The notes under the pieces are model-generated. The model did not search any database and was not told the origin of the DNA. It worked only from the letters and a program-made list of their open reading frames with translations. Of a stretch of 64,000 bases of DNA, positions 9,440-17,900 are shown piece by piece. Both the position numbers and the translations under genes were made by a program. The DNA is from a virus: IMG/VR virus record IMGVR_UViG_3300009157_000001, positions 62,635 through 126,634 of that record; one strand, given 5' to 3'. Each line of letters begins with the position of its first letter. Position 1 is the first letter of the stretch.

Positions 9440-11034
9440 ATAGCCAGGATTTTTAGTAGTTCCTTGATCCTGCTTTCCCAGGTATGTTTACTATGTACCA
9501 GATTACACCCGGTTATGGCTATGTCCTTCCTGAGCTTATCCTGGCCCAGATAGTAGTCTATCTTCTCACAGAGCTCATCTGTATCCACCCAGGTGTCCAA
9601 CTCCCATCCTGGTCTGAAATCCTTCTCTAGGCCTGGATAATAGTGGCTCAGACAGAATGCTCCGGATCCCATAATTCTAAAGATTCTATCAGAAGAATAC
9701 CTCTCATAGTTAAAGTGGGAGAAGTTAATAGCAATTTTACATCCTCTATAACAGTCTGCTTCTCCCTGAATATCATTCATCAGGTTACCTGCTGCAAGAG
9801 ATGACCAATTACCTCCATATACCCCGAATTTCTCACCATATTTAGTGGCCAGGAGCTTAACCATCTCAGTTCTAGCTACTGATAGAGGAAACTGAGTATT
9901 ATAGTTATTACCCAGAAATACTATCTCAGGCCAGGTCTTTTTAGGTTCACCTGCTATAAAGATCTCATTATCAAATCCTATTTGTAAATACTGAGATTTT
10001 ACTCCTAGTCTTTTTATCCTTTCTACATCAGTCTCATTAGAAAAACAAGTAAGATCTACATGTTTACCAAGTTCTGCATACCACTTTTGCTGCGGGAACC
10101 TGACATCTCCGGACCAGTTAACAAACTGAGTATTAGGACACAAAGATCTCATTGTAATGATAGTCCCGGGATCCACAATATTAGCAGTCTGAACATGCAT
10201 AAAGACAAGATTGTACTGATCTGCTTGTTGTGAAGCAATCATCAGTTTTCTTAGTTCAGGAACCTTTCCCTGATAATCTGTCCATTTAATAAATTTATAC
10301 TTAGTTGCTATCTTAGCAAATACTTTCTCCAAAGGAGCCTGATCAAATCCTACATGTAGTATCTTCATAGATTTCTTTGTTACTGAGCTAGTTACAGTCT
10401 GAGTAGTGTTTAGAGAACTTAAGGTACAGGGTTCTACAAAATGATAAGGGCCCGGTACTGTATCTATTCCGGATTTATAGTTTCTTACCTTGGATAGATG
10501 AAGATGATGAAATATCACATCCTTGGAAGGATTGAGTATCTGATACCCTTGTTCTTTTATTTCCTGTGCTATCCGATTATCACATCCGGGAACCCCAATA
10601 CCATAGAAACCAGGTATTTCCTTAATTGGAGACCTGAATATCCACACGTCCTGAGAGTCTTTTCTTACATAATGCTTACTTGATCTACTAGACATAATAT
10701 CCCACCGGGATAATGCATAGCACTGACTATCTGTTATACCCTTAATCTTTTCTATTGCACCTTCTGATGGATATAAGTCTGTGTTAGCTATAATCACTAT
10801 ATCTCCATCCTTGGAGATGTGATTACCTACACTGAACATATCCCTGTACCTTATCCGGCCTTCCATATATTCAACCACGAGCTTCTCTGACTTAACAGGA
10901 AGCTCACAGTTAGTAAATACATGAACCAGGTCAATTTGAGGATGATTTATTACATTCTGAAGACAGGTTGTTAGTTCCTCTCTTCTTCTTTCATCCTTTT
11001 CCTCATACCATGATAATAAATAGATGACTCTCAT
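9436..11034 (-). CDS. Two-domain glycosyltransferase (N-terminal GT-A-like, C-terminal CgeB/Glyco_trans_1_2-like)
   Basis: IIANTDLY, ALSRWD, DSQDVWIF and GCDNRI in the N half; IVFLGN, KIAINF, SDRIFRIMGSGAFCL and HTWESRI in the C half. Confidence 0.85.
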   Translation of the reverse strand: MRVIYLLSWYEEKDERRREELTTCLQNVINHPQIDLVHVFTNCELPVKSEKLVVEYMEGRIRYRDMFSVGNHISKDGDIVIIANTDLYPSEGAIEKIKGITDSQCYALSRWDIMSSRSSKHYVRKDSQDVWIFRSPIKEIPGFYGIGVPGCDNRIAQEIKEQGYQILNPSKDVIFHHLHLSKVRNYKSGIDTVPGPYHFVEPCTLSSLNTTQTVTSSVTKKSMKILHVGFDQAPLEKVFAKIATKYKFIKWTDYQGKVPELRKLMIASQQADQYNLVFMHVQTANIVDPGTIITMRSLCPNTQFVNWSGDVRFPQQKWYAELGKHVDLTCFSNETDVERIKRLGVKSQYLQIGFDNEIFIAGEPKKTWPEIVFLGNNYNTQFPLSVARTEMVKLLATKYGEKFGVYGGNWSSLAAGNLMNDIQGEADCYRGCKIAINFSHFNYERYSSDRIFRIMGSGAFCLSHYYPGLEKDFRPGWELDTWVDTDELCEKIDYYLGQDKLRKDIAITGCNLVHSKHTWESRIKELLKILAI

Positions 11035-11038
11035 TGTG

Positions 11039-11154
11039 CGGGGAAGATGGGAATCGAACCCACGTCCACTTCCTGGTCTAGTCTAGACTGCCAGGTTTAG
11101 CATTTGAATAGTTCCGGATATCTCCTTTATCTATTCCCTCTCTGCAACTTCCCC
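11039..11154 (-). ncRNA. Non-canonical tRNA-like RNA B (116 nt)
   Basis: Acceptor GGGGAAG/CTTCCCC+G, T arm GTGGG-TTCGATT-CCCAT, CCTGG/CCAGG stem with a 14-nt loop, enlarged D-arm region. Confidence 0.75.
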
Positions 11155-11155
11155 T

Positions 11156-11351
11156 TGGTGAACATGGTGGGTACTGCCCCCACTGAGTTGATGAATCCTA
11201 ATACCGGACTCTTGATTGAAGAGACTTATACACCCACACCATTATGTGGAGGGTATTCCCACTCTCTCCCTTTCCCGGCAGCACTCTTAACTGCCATGGA
11301 TTTATCCCTGGTTGGTCCCCAGGGCCAGACTTCTATGCCTGGACCATGTTC
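11156..11351 (-). ncRNA. Non-canonical tRNA-like RNA A (196 nt, encoded CCA)
   Basis: Acceptor GAACATG/CATGTTC+ACCA, T arm GTGGG-GGCAGTA-CCCAC, two 6-bp 5' hairpins, about 120-nt structured insert. Confidence 0.75.
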
Positions 11352-11357
11352 ATAAGA

Positions 11358-11475
11358 TTGGACTATTGATAGGCTTGCAAGCTCCAGAGCGATGATCCCT
11401 CCTCTACTATTGTCCTTGTTGATTTTTCACAACTAAGTGGGTCCTGAGACAGCTTTCCTGATATCAATAATCCAA
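11358..11475 (-). ncRNA. Putative structured RNA domain
   Basis: 14-bp closing stem TTGGATTATTGATA/TATCAATAGTCCAA (one G-U) around several small hairpins. Confidence 0.6.
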
Positions 11476-11480
11476 ATTCT

Positions 11481-11813
11481 TCAAATAACTTTGATAATAG
11501 GGGTTTCTCCCCTTCTGTAGATATATTCCCTTTTTGGGATAGTTTTCTTCTTAGTTTTGATCCCCAGTGCTTTCCTTCTGGCATTCTCTTCATTTAAAGC
11601 CCAGACTGTTTTATCACCAATTGTGAACTCCATGAGTCCATTACTCATTCTGGTGTGTCTTTGAGCATTATAAATCCGGGTCTTTTCCTGCTCAATCATC
11701 TGCTCCAGATCCTCATCACTCATCTTTCTCATTCTCTTCTGATTACCTCCTGCAAACATCATCATTGCTGCTGCCATCAGTCCTGCACTTGATCTCATTG
11801 GTTGTTGTGCCAT
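11481..11813 (-). CDS. Hypothetical protein
   Basis: 110-aa ORF with an A-rich leader and promoter-like ATTG-N18-TATATTTG at 11837-11866. Confidence 0.7.
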   Translation of the reverse strand: MAQQPMRSSAGLMAAAMMMFAGGNQKRMRKMSDEDLEQMIEQEKTRIYNAQRHTRMSNGLMEFTIGDKTVWALNEENARRKALGIKTKKKTIPKREYIYRRGETPIIKVI

Positions 11814-11853
11814 GGTTTTATTGGTTTTTAGAGTTACAAATATAATAAATTTC

Positions 11854-12081
11854 TTAATCTCTCAATTTGTGATGAATACACCCAAAATCCTTTGTTGTAT
11901 AGACAGCATTTCCTGAATTAAAAGGTTTTTTCTGATCAGGATACTCCCCCGGTCTCAAAATACCCACTCGGGGTCCTGTACTTACACCTGATAATTTACT
12001 ACAGAATGATGCCGGGTTTGTGTAAAGAAGGACCTCCCAAAACCTACAGTTCTTACAAGCTATGAGTTTATCCATATTCAA
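11854..12081 (-). CDS. Small Cys-containing protein
   Basis: CKNCRFW...C...DFGCIHH pattern. Confidence 0.7.
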   Translation of the reverse strand: MNMDKLIACKNCRFWEVLLYTNPASFCSKLSGVSTGPRVGILRPGEYPDQKKPFNSGNAVYTTKDFGCIHHKLRD

Positions 12082-12379
12082 GTTTTAAGAAGAATACTAA
12101 TCTAGTAAGAGCTTGGAAGTCCTCATAGTTTGTCTCAGGCCAGAATCCTATATCAGTAGAATATCCATATATTTTTGAGATCTTCTCTCTTATCTCAACT
12201 GTTCCCACAAATCCAAGCTTTTTAAAAATAACAAGGGAGGTACTATGATCAGTAGCAGCCATAAAAAGACCACCTTTTCCTCCTATAGAGACTTTATAGA
12301 CACGACTCCCTATAGATATATTCTGATTTAGTTTAACTGGTCTATCAAAAGTCAATCTCGAGATCTTCCGGTGTTCCAT
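12068..12379 (-). CDS. Hypothetical protein
   Basis: 103-aa ORF overlapping neighbours. Confidence 0.65.
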   Translation of the reverse strand: MEHRKISRLTFDRPVKLNQNISIGSRVYKVSIGGKGGLFMAATDHSTSLVIFKKLGFVGTVEIREKISKIYGYSTDIGFWPETNYEDFQALTRLVFFLKLEYG

Positions 12380-12581
12380 GTTTTAACAGTCCTGAATAAT
12401 ACTGATCATAGATCCAATGAGGTACCCCGGATTCTGATACTTTTTCCAGATACTCTTCATGCTCCTGAATAAAAGGATCCTCGGATACTTTTTCTTTCTT
12501 AAGTGAATTACTCATAGTGTCCATGATTTGTATAAGTCTCAGATGATTTAGCAGGAACATCCTTTGCCCCGATCTTTTCAT
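12345..12581 (-). CDS. Hypothetical protein (true start probably further downstream)
   Basis: Fills the gap in the packed run. Confidence 0.5.
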   Translation of the reverse strand: MKRSGQRMFLLNHLRLIQIMDTMSNSLKKEKVSEDPFIQEHEEYLEKVSESGVPHWIYDQYYSGLLKHGTPEDLEIDF

Positions 12582-12669
12582 ATAGAAGATCTATTATTTT
12601 GTATAAGGAGAAACCTCCTAAAACTAAGAGAAAGGCTCCTAAGAGATAAGTGAGAATCTTCTTCTTCAT
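12508..12669 (-). CDS. Small membrane protein
   Basis: MKKKILTYLLGAFLLVLGGFSLY hydrophobic helix; start overlaps the upstream stop. Confidence 0.6.
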   Translation of the reverse strand: MKKKILTYLLGAFLLVLGGFSLYKIIDLLYEKIGAKDVPAKSSETYTNHGHYE

Positions 12670-12908
12670 TGTACCCTCCAAACTCTTATCCAATTCTCTG
12701 ATTTGGAACTTCTTATCATGAACTTCCATTTCTGTCCTTTATCTGTGTACTTTTTAAAACTCTGTATAGCAGAATATATTGACATATGACTAAGTCTGTC
12801 ATAAGGGATCTTAAAAGAATCTCCCACAACCATCTTGTCAAATGGGTATTTCCTGGATCCTTTTCTTCTGCAAATAGGTACTCCTTTTTCAATTTTGATT
12901 TTTTTCAT
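12666..12908 (-). CDS. Small basic phage protein, putative nucleic-acid binding
   Basis: KIEKGVPI...RKYPFDKMVVGDSF...IRVWRV pattern common in phage small proteins. Confidence 0.75.
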   Translation of the reverse strand: MKKIKIEKGVPICRRKGSRKYPFDKMVVGDSFKIPYDRLSHMSIYSAIQSFKKYTDKGQKWKFMIRSSKSENWIRVWRVQ

Positions 12909-13010
12909 TGTCTTTTATTTATATGTTGGTAATAGGGGATTTGGGGAGACCAGGATCATTCCTGGTCCTCCTCCCCTTGTCTGGAAACTCTGCCTAGTAA
13001 GAAAGTTATC

Positions 13011-13268
13011 TCAGTTCTTTCTTTCTTGTTCCCTTCTTTTCCTCCTTTTAGCCCGCCCTCCTTCTGGAGAAACATAAGGTTCTACCAGAGATTCGAGTTT
13101 CTGTATTACAAAAGGTTTTGGAGGTTCTACTGATATATTTGGTAGAAAAGACTTCATGTCCTCGGGTTTTACTAGGATCACAGAAGTTGTATCCATCCCA
13201 GCAGCTTTTAACTTGGAGAGGATGTCTGAACCATCTCCGTGGTCTATTAAAATGATCTTATTTTCCAT
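13011..13268 (-). CDS. Hypothetical protein with Arg-rich C-terminus
   Basis: 85-aa ORF. Confidence 0.65.
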   Translation of the reverse strand: MENKIILIDHGDGSDILSKLKAAGMDTTSVILVKPEDMKSFLPNISVEPPKPFVIQKLESLVEPYVSPEGGRAKRRKRREQERKN

Positions 13269-13400
13269 CTCTTCTTTTTTTATAGATTTCTACATCCTTG
13301 GGTGTTGCAGGTTTTATGTCTTCTGTACTGGCAAGATGAGATATAACTCCATATAGAGTGATTACTCCTTGCCAGACTACTATTTCTTGTTGGGAATAAC

Positions 13401-13664
13401 TCATATCCTTTTCAGTATCTGAGGTTTTATTATACTCTGAAGTGCAAATTCAAAAGTATGAGGACTTTCTCTCATATAATGTACATTGATTTTATGTTTG
13501 GTAATAAGCATGGCTCTTAGATAAGTTTGATAAGGACCGTGTGTTGTGATAAATTTCTCTCTTTTACCCATATTCTCTTCTACCCAGAAATTTATCTTGT
13601 CTCCTTCTGCAATATCCCAACCAAACACACACCTATCCTCAATAGGATCATAGGTTTTGATCAT
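13401..13664 (-). CDS. PVFG-motif family paralog (cluster 1)
   Basis: DPIEDRCVFGWDIAEGD. Confidence 0.8.
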   Translation of the reverse strand: MIKTYDPIEDRCVFGWDIAEGDKINFWVEENMGKREKFITTHGPYQTYLRAMLITKHKINVHYMRESPHTFEFALQSIIKPQILKRI

Positions 13665-13887
13665 ATCTTTTTATCATTTTGGGTTCAGTTACTTGTTTGA
13701 ATCTAATTGTCTCATATGTAGTAAAAGACAATGAAGGGGAAAGATAAAGTAGTTCATTTGAAAGTTTATATACATACCCAGTTCTGGGAAATCCTATTAC
13801 CATACCAGATACAGTAATTATCACCTGATCTCCTTTTTGTACATCCCATCCAAATATTGCATGGCTATTAAGTGGTTCCTCAGTCAT
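13648..13887 (-). CDS. PVFG-motif family paralog (cluster 1)
   Basis: EPLNSHAIFGWDVQKGD. Confidence 0.8.
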   Translation of the reverse strand: MTEEPLNSHAIFGWDVQKGDQVIITVSGMVIGFPRTGYVYKLSNELLYLSPSLSFTTYETIRFKQVTEPKMIKRYDQNL

Positions 13888-14197
13888 GTATTTTGAAATT
13901 AATTATGTTCTGAGTAACATAGATCTTGGACATGTTGGGTTTACTTCCATTAAAAGACATCACATTTATATAGAAATCTGATACCTCTGACATAAACAGA
14001 CCTTGTATATGTTCTACCTCATCTATATAATCCCCGGGTGCATGTTTCCACCTCTTAGTAATATAGTCAAAGGATACCCTGGCATGCTTAAAAATATCTA
14101 TTCCAAATAGAGGGAAGTCCTCTATAGGGTCTGGGAATATATAAGGATTATTCTTTAGAGTTACATGGTTCTTATCTACTCTTTCTGTAAGATTCAT
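13880..14197 (-). CDS. PVFG-motif family paralog (cluster 1)
   Basis: DPIEDFPLFGIDIFKHA. Confidence 0.8.
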   Translation of the reverse strand: MNLTERVDKNHVTLKNNPYIFPDPIEDFPLFGIDIFKHARVSFDYITKRWKHAPGDYIDEVEHIQGLFMSEVSDFYINVMSFNGSKPNMSKIYVTQNIINFKIHD

Positions 14198-14415
14198 AGT
14201 CTTCTTATTGATAAACAGTCTTCTATACGAATTATGTTGAGCGGATCTTTGAAATAAAAGAACTGATCAGACCCCAGTTTTATTGACATGAAGATCCCCA
14301 CAAAGGGAGGATTCTCTCCCAAAGAGTTATCTCCAGATTTAAAAACAATAACTTTTTCTCTATCCTCAATATCCACACCAAATACTGGTTTATAATCAAG
14401 ACTCTCTTTTTCCAT
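14194..14415 (-). CDS. PVFG-motif family paralog (cluster 1)
   Basis: ESLDYKPVFGVDIEDRE. Confidence 0.8.
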   Translation of the reverse strand: MEKESLDYKPVFGVDIEDREKVIVFKSGDNSLGENPPFVGIFMSIKLGSDQFFYFKDPLNIIRIEDCLSIRRL

Positions 14416-14656
14416 AGACCCAAGATTTACCTATATGATATACACCTATATTTCTTGACCTGTAGACTCTTCTGTTATGTGTTCTCATATCTGTAATTAC
14501 TACAGTTGTTTCAAGTCCCTTTTTATAAATATGATGAATCCTCCCTGTTACGAGACTGACACCATTTCCCACATGAACAAACTTCACAAAGTCTCCGGGT
14601 TCCGCTTCTGCTCCAAATACTGGCTTTCTTTCTAGAGGTTCAAGTACCTCTTCCAT
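14396..14656 (-). CDS. PVFG-motif family paralog (cluster 1)
   Basis: EPLERKPVFGAEAEPGD. Confidence 0.8.
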   Translation of the reverse strand: MEEVLEPLERKPVFGAEAEPGDFVKFVHVGNGVSLVTGRIHHIYKKGLETTVVITDMRTHNRRVYRSRNIGVYHIGKSWVYGKRES

Positions 14657-14876
14657 ATACCCTCCTTAGTTTTGTGATCCGTGTTTTAGCAAAATGTTTC
14701 ATACTAGGAAAATCATGAGGATCTATCTCTATTATACCAAACTCAACTCTCAGAAAGTTCCCTCTATGAGAAGTTCTGCCGGCATGGCTTAGGTAGATAA
14801 ACTCTATGACCTCTCCTTTTTCAAAATCCAGCTCAAATACTGGTCTGTTTTCAATAGGATCTTGGAGCTTATTCAC
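14640..14876 (-). CDS. PVFG-motif family paralog (cluster 1)
   Basis: DPIENRPVFELDFEKGE. Confidence 0.8.
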   Translation of the reverse strand: MNKLQDPIENRPVFELDFEKGEVIEFIYLSHAGRTSHRGNFLRVEFGIIEIDPHDFPSMKHFAKTRITKLRRVYGRGT

Positions 14877-15135
14877 TCTCTCTTTTTAAGTTTCTTATTC
14901 GAATCTTACTAAATTCATAGAGCCCTCCGGACAAGGCACTTCCTTCTTTTGTACTTACCAGCAAAGAGGAAGTTTTTACTTCATGTAACAATCCTACCCA
15001 AGGATCATAACGACTTCTACCAGCAAAGGTCTCACTAAATGTGATTAACTCTCCCCATTCAAGATCACAACCAAATACATCTACTAATTCCAATGGTTCA
15101 ACATCATCAAATATTCTTACTTGGTGATAATTCAT
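14869..15135 (-). CDS. PVFG-motif family paralog (cluster 1)
   Basis: EPLELVDVFGCDLEWGE. Confidence 0.8.
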   Translation of the reverse strand: MNYHQVRIFDDVEPLELVDVFGCDLEWGELITFSETFAGRSRYDPWVGLLHEVKTSSLLVSTKEGSALSGGLYEFSKIRIRNLKRESE

Positions 15136-15395
15136 TTTGCTGGAAAAGTAGTCACAGTAATGTTCTCAGCACAGACTTTCTGCCGGAGTCCAAGCATATT
15201 GACAAAATCCACACATCTCTCTGACTGAAAGATAATACTATCTGCAGTATACACATTCTGAGTCTGGTTATCATAAGCTTCAATCAGATAGAGTGAACTG
15301 GACTGATACCCTTTTGTATCCAGTCTTATTGATAATGCTGCTACATATACTACACAGAGTAATGTTATGAATCCTATAATCAGTTTTCTTCTCAT
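15132..15395 (-). CDS. Small membrane-anchored or secreted protein
   Basis: N-terminal hydrophobic helix. Confidence 0.7.
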   Translation of the reverse strand: MRRKLIIGFITLLCVVYVAALSIRLDTKGYQSSSLYLIEAYDNQTQNVYTADSIIFQSERCVDFVNMLGLRQKVCAENITVTTFPAK

Positions 15396-15659
15396 ATCTT
15401 CTTAGTTTTAAGTTTGTTATTCAGATCTCCCCAAGCTTTTGAGGATTGTTCTCCCCACCAGTATCTTATCCATCTGTATTTGAGAGGATGAAATAAGGGA
15501 AGGAAGAACCTTAAAATTCTCAAAGTTATCATCATCTATGGTTTTTACATTGGTATGAATGAAGCTGCGTACACTACTACTAGCAGTATTAATAAGACTT
15601 TACATTCTTGTAGTCCTAGTCTCCTTTTACCAATGCTATCAAATCTACTTGTAGGCATA

Positions 15660-15820
15660 GTCGACGCAGTGTGTTTCAACATGCCGCCTTTGCTTCTTTC
15701 GTTGCAATTACTCTCCTTACATTACAAGCCGCCCCTTTAGAAGGCTAGAGATGATTTCATAATCCTCCAGGGCCGTCCCGCTACACACTTGAAGTTATCT
15801 TTGTGTATAGGAGGGACATT
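15660..15820 (-). ncRNA. Putative structured RNA
   Basis: GC-rich intergenic stretch with consecutive hairpins, e.g. GTCCC..CTATACAC/GTGTGTAG..GGGAC. Confidence 0.5.
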
Positions 15821-15835
15821 CCTTAGAGGTGTTTC

Positions 15836-16279
15836 TTATTTGAGCTTTGCCAGTTTCTGGGTAAGAAGAGCCATCCGGTCATCTTTGTCCATCAATTCTG
15901 TGTACTCCTTCTTGATGGCAGTAAGCTCCTCAAGTCTTTCTTTGTTCTCAATAATGGCAATCCTGAGCTGGATATCCTGTTTGTAGTCATCCAGAGAGAA
16001 TCCATTTATCTTGAACTCAGGCACTGTTGTAAGTTCAAGGATCTGCTGAGATTCATCATAAGCTTTCTTCCGGGCAAGTACTGATGAGAACATCTTTATG
16101 AGCTCCATCACATTTGTCTCAGTCTCAATACTGTTGGAAAACCCATCCAGTTTACCTGAGGTCCTGTATACCTTGTCCTGAATATGCTTAAGTGCCTCAA
16201 TCTTCTGATTGACAATCTCAATTCCTGATACAACACTTGTTACAGTCTGTACTCCTGTTTCTTCTTTTTTCTCTTGCAT
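15836..16279 (-). CDS. Hypothetical helical/coiled-coil protein
   Basis: 147-aa ORF with a strong A-rich leader. Confidence 0.8.
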   Translation of the reverse strand: MQEKKEETGVQTVTSVVSGIEIVNQKIEALKHIQDKVYRTSGKLDGFSNSIETETNVMELIKMFSSVLARKKAYDESQQILELTTVPEFKINGFSLDDYKQDIQLRIAIIENKERLEELTAIKKEYTELMDKDDRMALLTQKLAKLK

Positions 16280-16305
16280 GATTATTATTGGTTTTAGTTA
16301 TTGAT

Positions 16306-16557
16306 TTAGAAAATTGTGTATGTTTCTAGTTTTGGTGATTCTTCAAGAAGAGGTGCCCATTTCCCACCACTATAGATATATCCTGCACCAGCATCTATAC
16401 GAAGAGGGTTCTTATCTAGAACTCGTACATCTCTAGATGTTGTAGTAATATTATGAGGACTTACATCAAGTACCCTCCCATGTCCATTCATATAATAATG
16501 TTTGGTACCTTTTGGGTATCTTCTCTGAGCTTCTTTTATTATCTCTTCTTCAGTCAT
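16306..16557 (-). CDS. YxIF-tail family protein
   Basis: Starts MTEEEIIKEAQRRYPKGT, ends LETYTIF. Confidence 0.8.
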   Translation of the reverse strand: MTEEEIIKEAQRRYPKGTKHYYMNGHGRVLDVSPHNITTTSRDVRVLDKNPLRIDAGAGYIYSGGKWAPLLEESPKLETYTIF

Positions 16558-16559
16558 AA

Positions 16560-16802
16560 TTAGAATATTTTGTATGATTCCACATCAGGGATTATCTTTG
16601 CCCATTCTCCATTATTATAGATCCTGGCATTACATCCTGTATTTATTCTAAACCAGAGTTCACTGGTATTACCTGAACCTTGGCATCTGGTACTATCTAT
16701 AATCTTACCAAAATACTGCCTGGGATTAAAAGTAGAGATTACAAAAACTCCTGTATTGTATCCTCTTGCATGTGCTTCCCTTATAAGTTCTTCTTTAGTC
16801 AT
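16560..16802 (-). CDS. YxIF-tail family protein
   Basis: Likely start MTKEELIREAHARGY at 16802; ends VESYKIF. Confidence 0.8.
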   Translation of the reverse strand: MTKEELIREAHARGYNTGVFVISTFNPRQYFGKIIDSTRCQGSGNTSELWFRINTGCNARIYNNGEWAKIIPDVESYKIF

Positions 16803-16806
16803 GATC

Positions 16807-17079
16807 CTAGAATATTTGATATAATTCAAGTTTTGGTAGTTGAGCAACTTCAGAAATCACCGCCCATTGTTCTTTGTAATAAATTATCTCTGAGAAGTCA
16901 TGTCCATTCTTTGTCATATCACCACTGCTTTCCTGAATAGCAGAATCAGTCAAATAAAACCTTTCTGGATCATATACTGTACATATCCTATCTCTGGCAG
17001 GACCAAGATGAACTGGGAAATATTTAGTCCCAGCAGGATATCTCCTTCGGGCTTCTTCAAGTAATTGCTTTTCATCCAT
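16807..17079 (-). CDS. YxIF-tail family protein
   Basis: Starts MDEKQLLEEARRRYPAGT, ends LELYQIF. Confidence 0.8.
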   Translation of the reverse strand: MDEKQLLEEARRRYPAGTKYFPVHLGPARDRICTVYDPERFYLTDSAIQESSGDMTKNGHDFSEIIYYKEQWAVISEVAQLPKLELYQIF

Positions 17080-17082
17080 GAC

Positions 17083-17328
17083 TTAAAAGATTTTGTAAGT
17101 TTCTACTTTATCTTTATGACATACTTCAGCCCAAACCCTATTGCGATTACTATAAAGATTTGCAGTATCAATAACCCAAACTTCACCGTCCCTATCTATA
17201 TAGATCCTAGGCTCTCTCTTAGATGTGTATACTGAGGCTGATAATTTTCCACTAACCTGAACTGGTCTAAATCTGGTTCCTTCTGGAAACCTTCTTCTGG
17301 CCTCATCTAATAATTCCTGTTGGTTCAT
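17083..17328 (-). CDS. YxIF-tail family protein
   Basis: Starts MNQQELLDEARRRFPEGT, ends VETYKIF. Confidence 0.8.
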   Translation of the reverse strand: MNQQELLDEARRRFPEGTRFRPVQVSGKLSASVYTSKREPRIYIDRDGEVWVIDTANLYSNRNRVWAEVCHKDKVETYKIF

Positions 17329-17331
17329 AGT

Positions 17332-17652
17332 CTAAAAGATTTGATAGTTTTCTAATGGGGAAGAGATGTCTTGACTATCAGGTCTTGGTACTAACTTATT
17401 AGCTCTTATACAGAGCTCTAACCAGTACTTCTCTGAAACAGAAGCCAAGGTGATTTTTCTTTCCCCATAGTAAGGGGTACTTTTCTCAAAACAAAAGTCC
17501 TCTCCACCTCTCATATTGCTTAGGCAGTATGAGTCTTCAAATCTGTTACGACCATCATGAGAACCAGAAAATCGAGTGATTGTATAAGTGGGATCTGTTT
17601 CATGATTTATCCTATAAAACTCTCCTTTGATACAGTCTTTTGCATTTATCAT
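17332..17652 (-). CDS. YxIF-tail family protein
   Basis: Ends LENYQIF; ITLASVSEKYWLELC resembles IRLATPGEIERLEIC in 18257-18553. Confidence 0.8.
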   Translation of the reverse strand: MINAKDCIKGEFYRINHETDPTYTITRFSGSHDGRNRFEDSYCLSNMRGGEDFCFEKSTPYYGERKITLASVSEKYWLELCIRANKLVPRPDSQDISSPLENYQIF

Positions 17653-17654
17653 GA

Positions 17655-17897
17655 TTAAAAGATTTTATAGGTTTCCATATGAATTTCTTGTGTTTCCTGA
17701 ACCAGGATAAAATTATCAGGGTCCCATCCCATACTGCTGCCCACTTCTTCTCTTGTTCCTAGTACACATATCCTCACATTACCTATGTCCTCCTGATCAT
17801 AAAGAACTCCATATATATTTCCCCTAAGCATACCTCTATCCGACCTATCCGGTCCTTTGTGTCTTTTTATTACATCTCCTTTTTTGAATAGTCTCAT
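17655..17897 (-). CDS. YxIF-tail family protein
   Basis: Starts MRLFKKGDVIKR, ends METYKIF. Confidence 0.8.
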   Translation of the reverse strand: MRLFKKGDVIKRHKGPDRSDRGMLRGNIYGVLYDQEDIGNVRICVLGTREEVGSSMGWDPDNFILVQETQEIHMETYKIF

Positions 17898-17900
17898 GGT

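Noticed and set aside
11077-11090. Amber suppressor anticodon (CTA) and stop-codon reassignment as in some crAss-like phages
   Set aside because: CTA lies in a 14-nt loop, and long core genes are uninterrupted in the standard code with TAG and TGA used as real stops
11039-11351. Standard tmRNA or ordinary tRNA genes
   Set aside because: Two separately closed acceptor stems; no G3-U70 pair, no evident tag ORF, and no canonical U33-containing 7-nt anticodon loop
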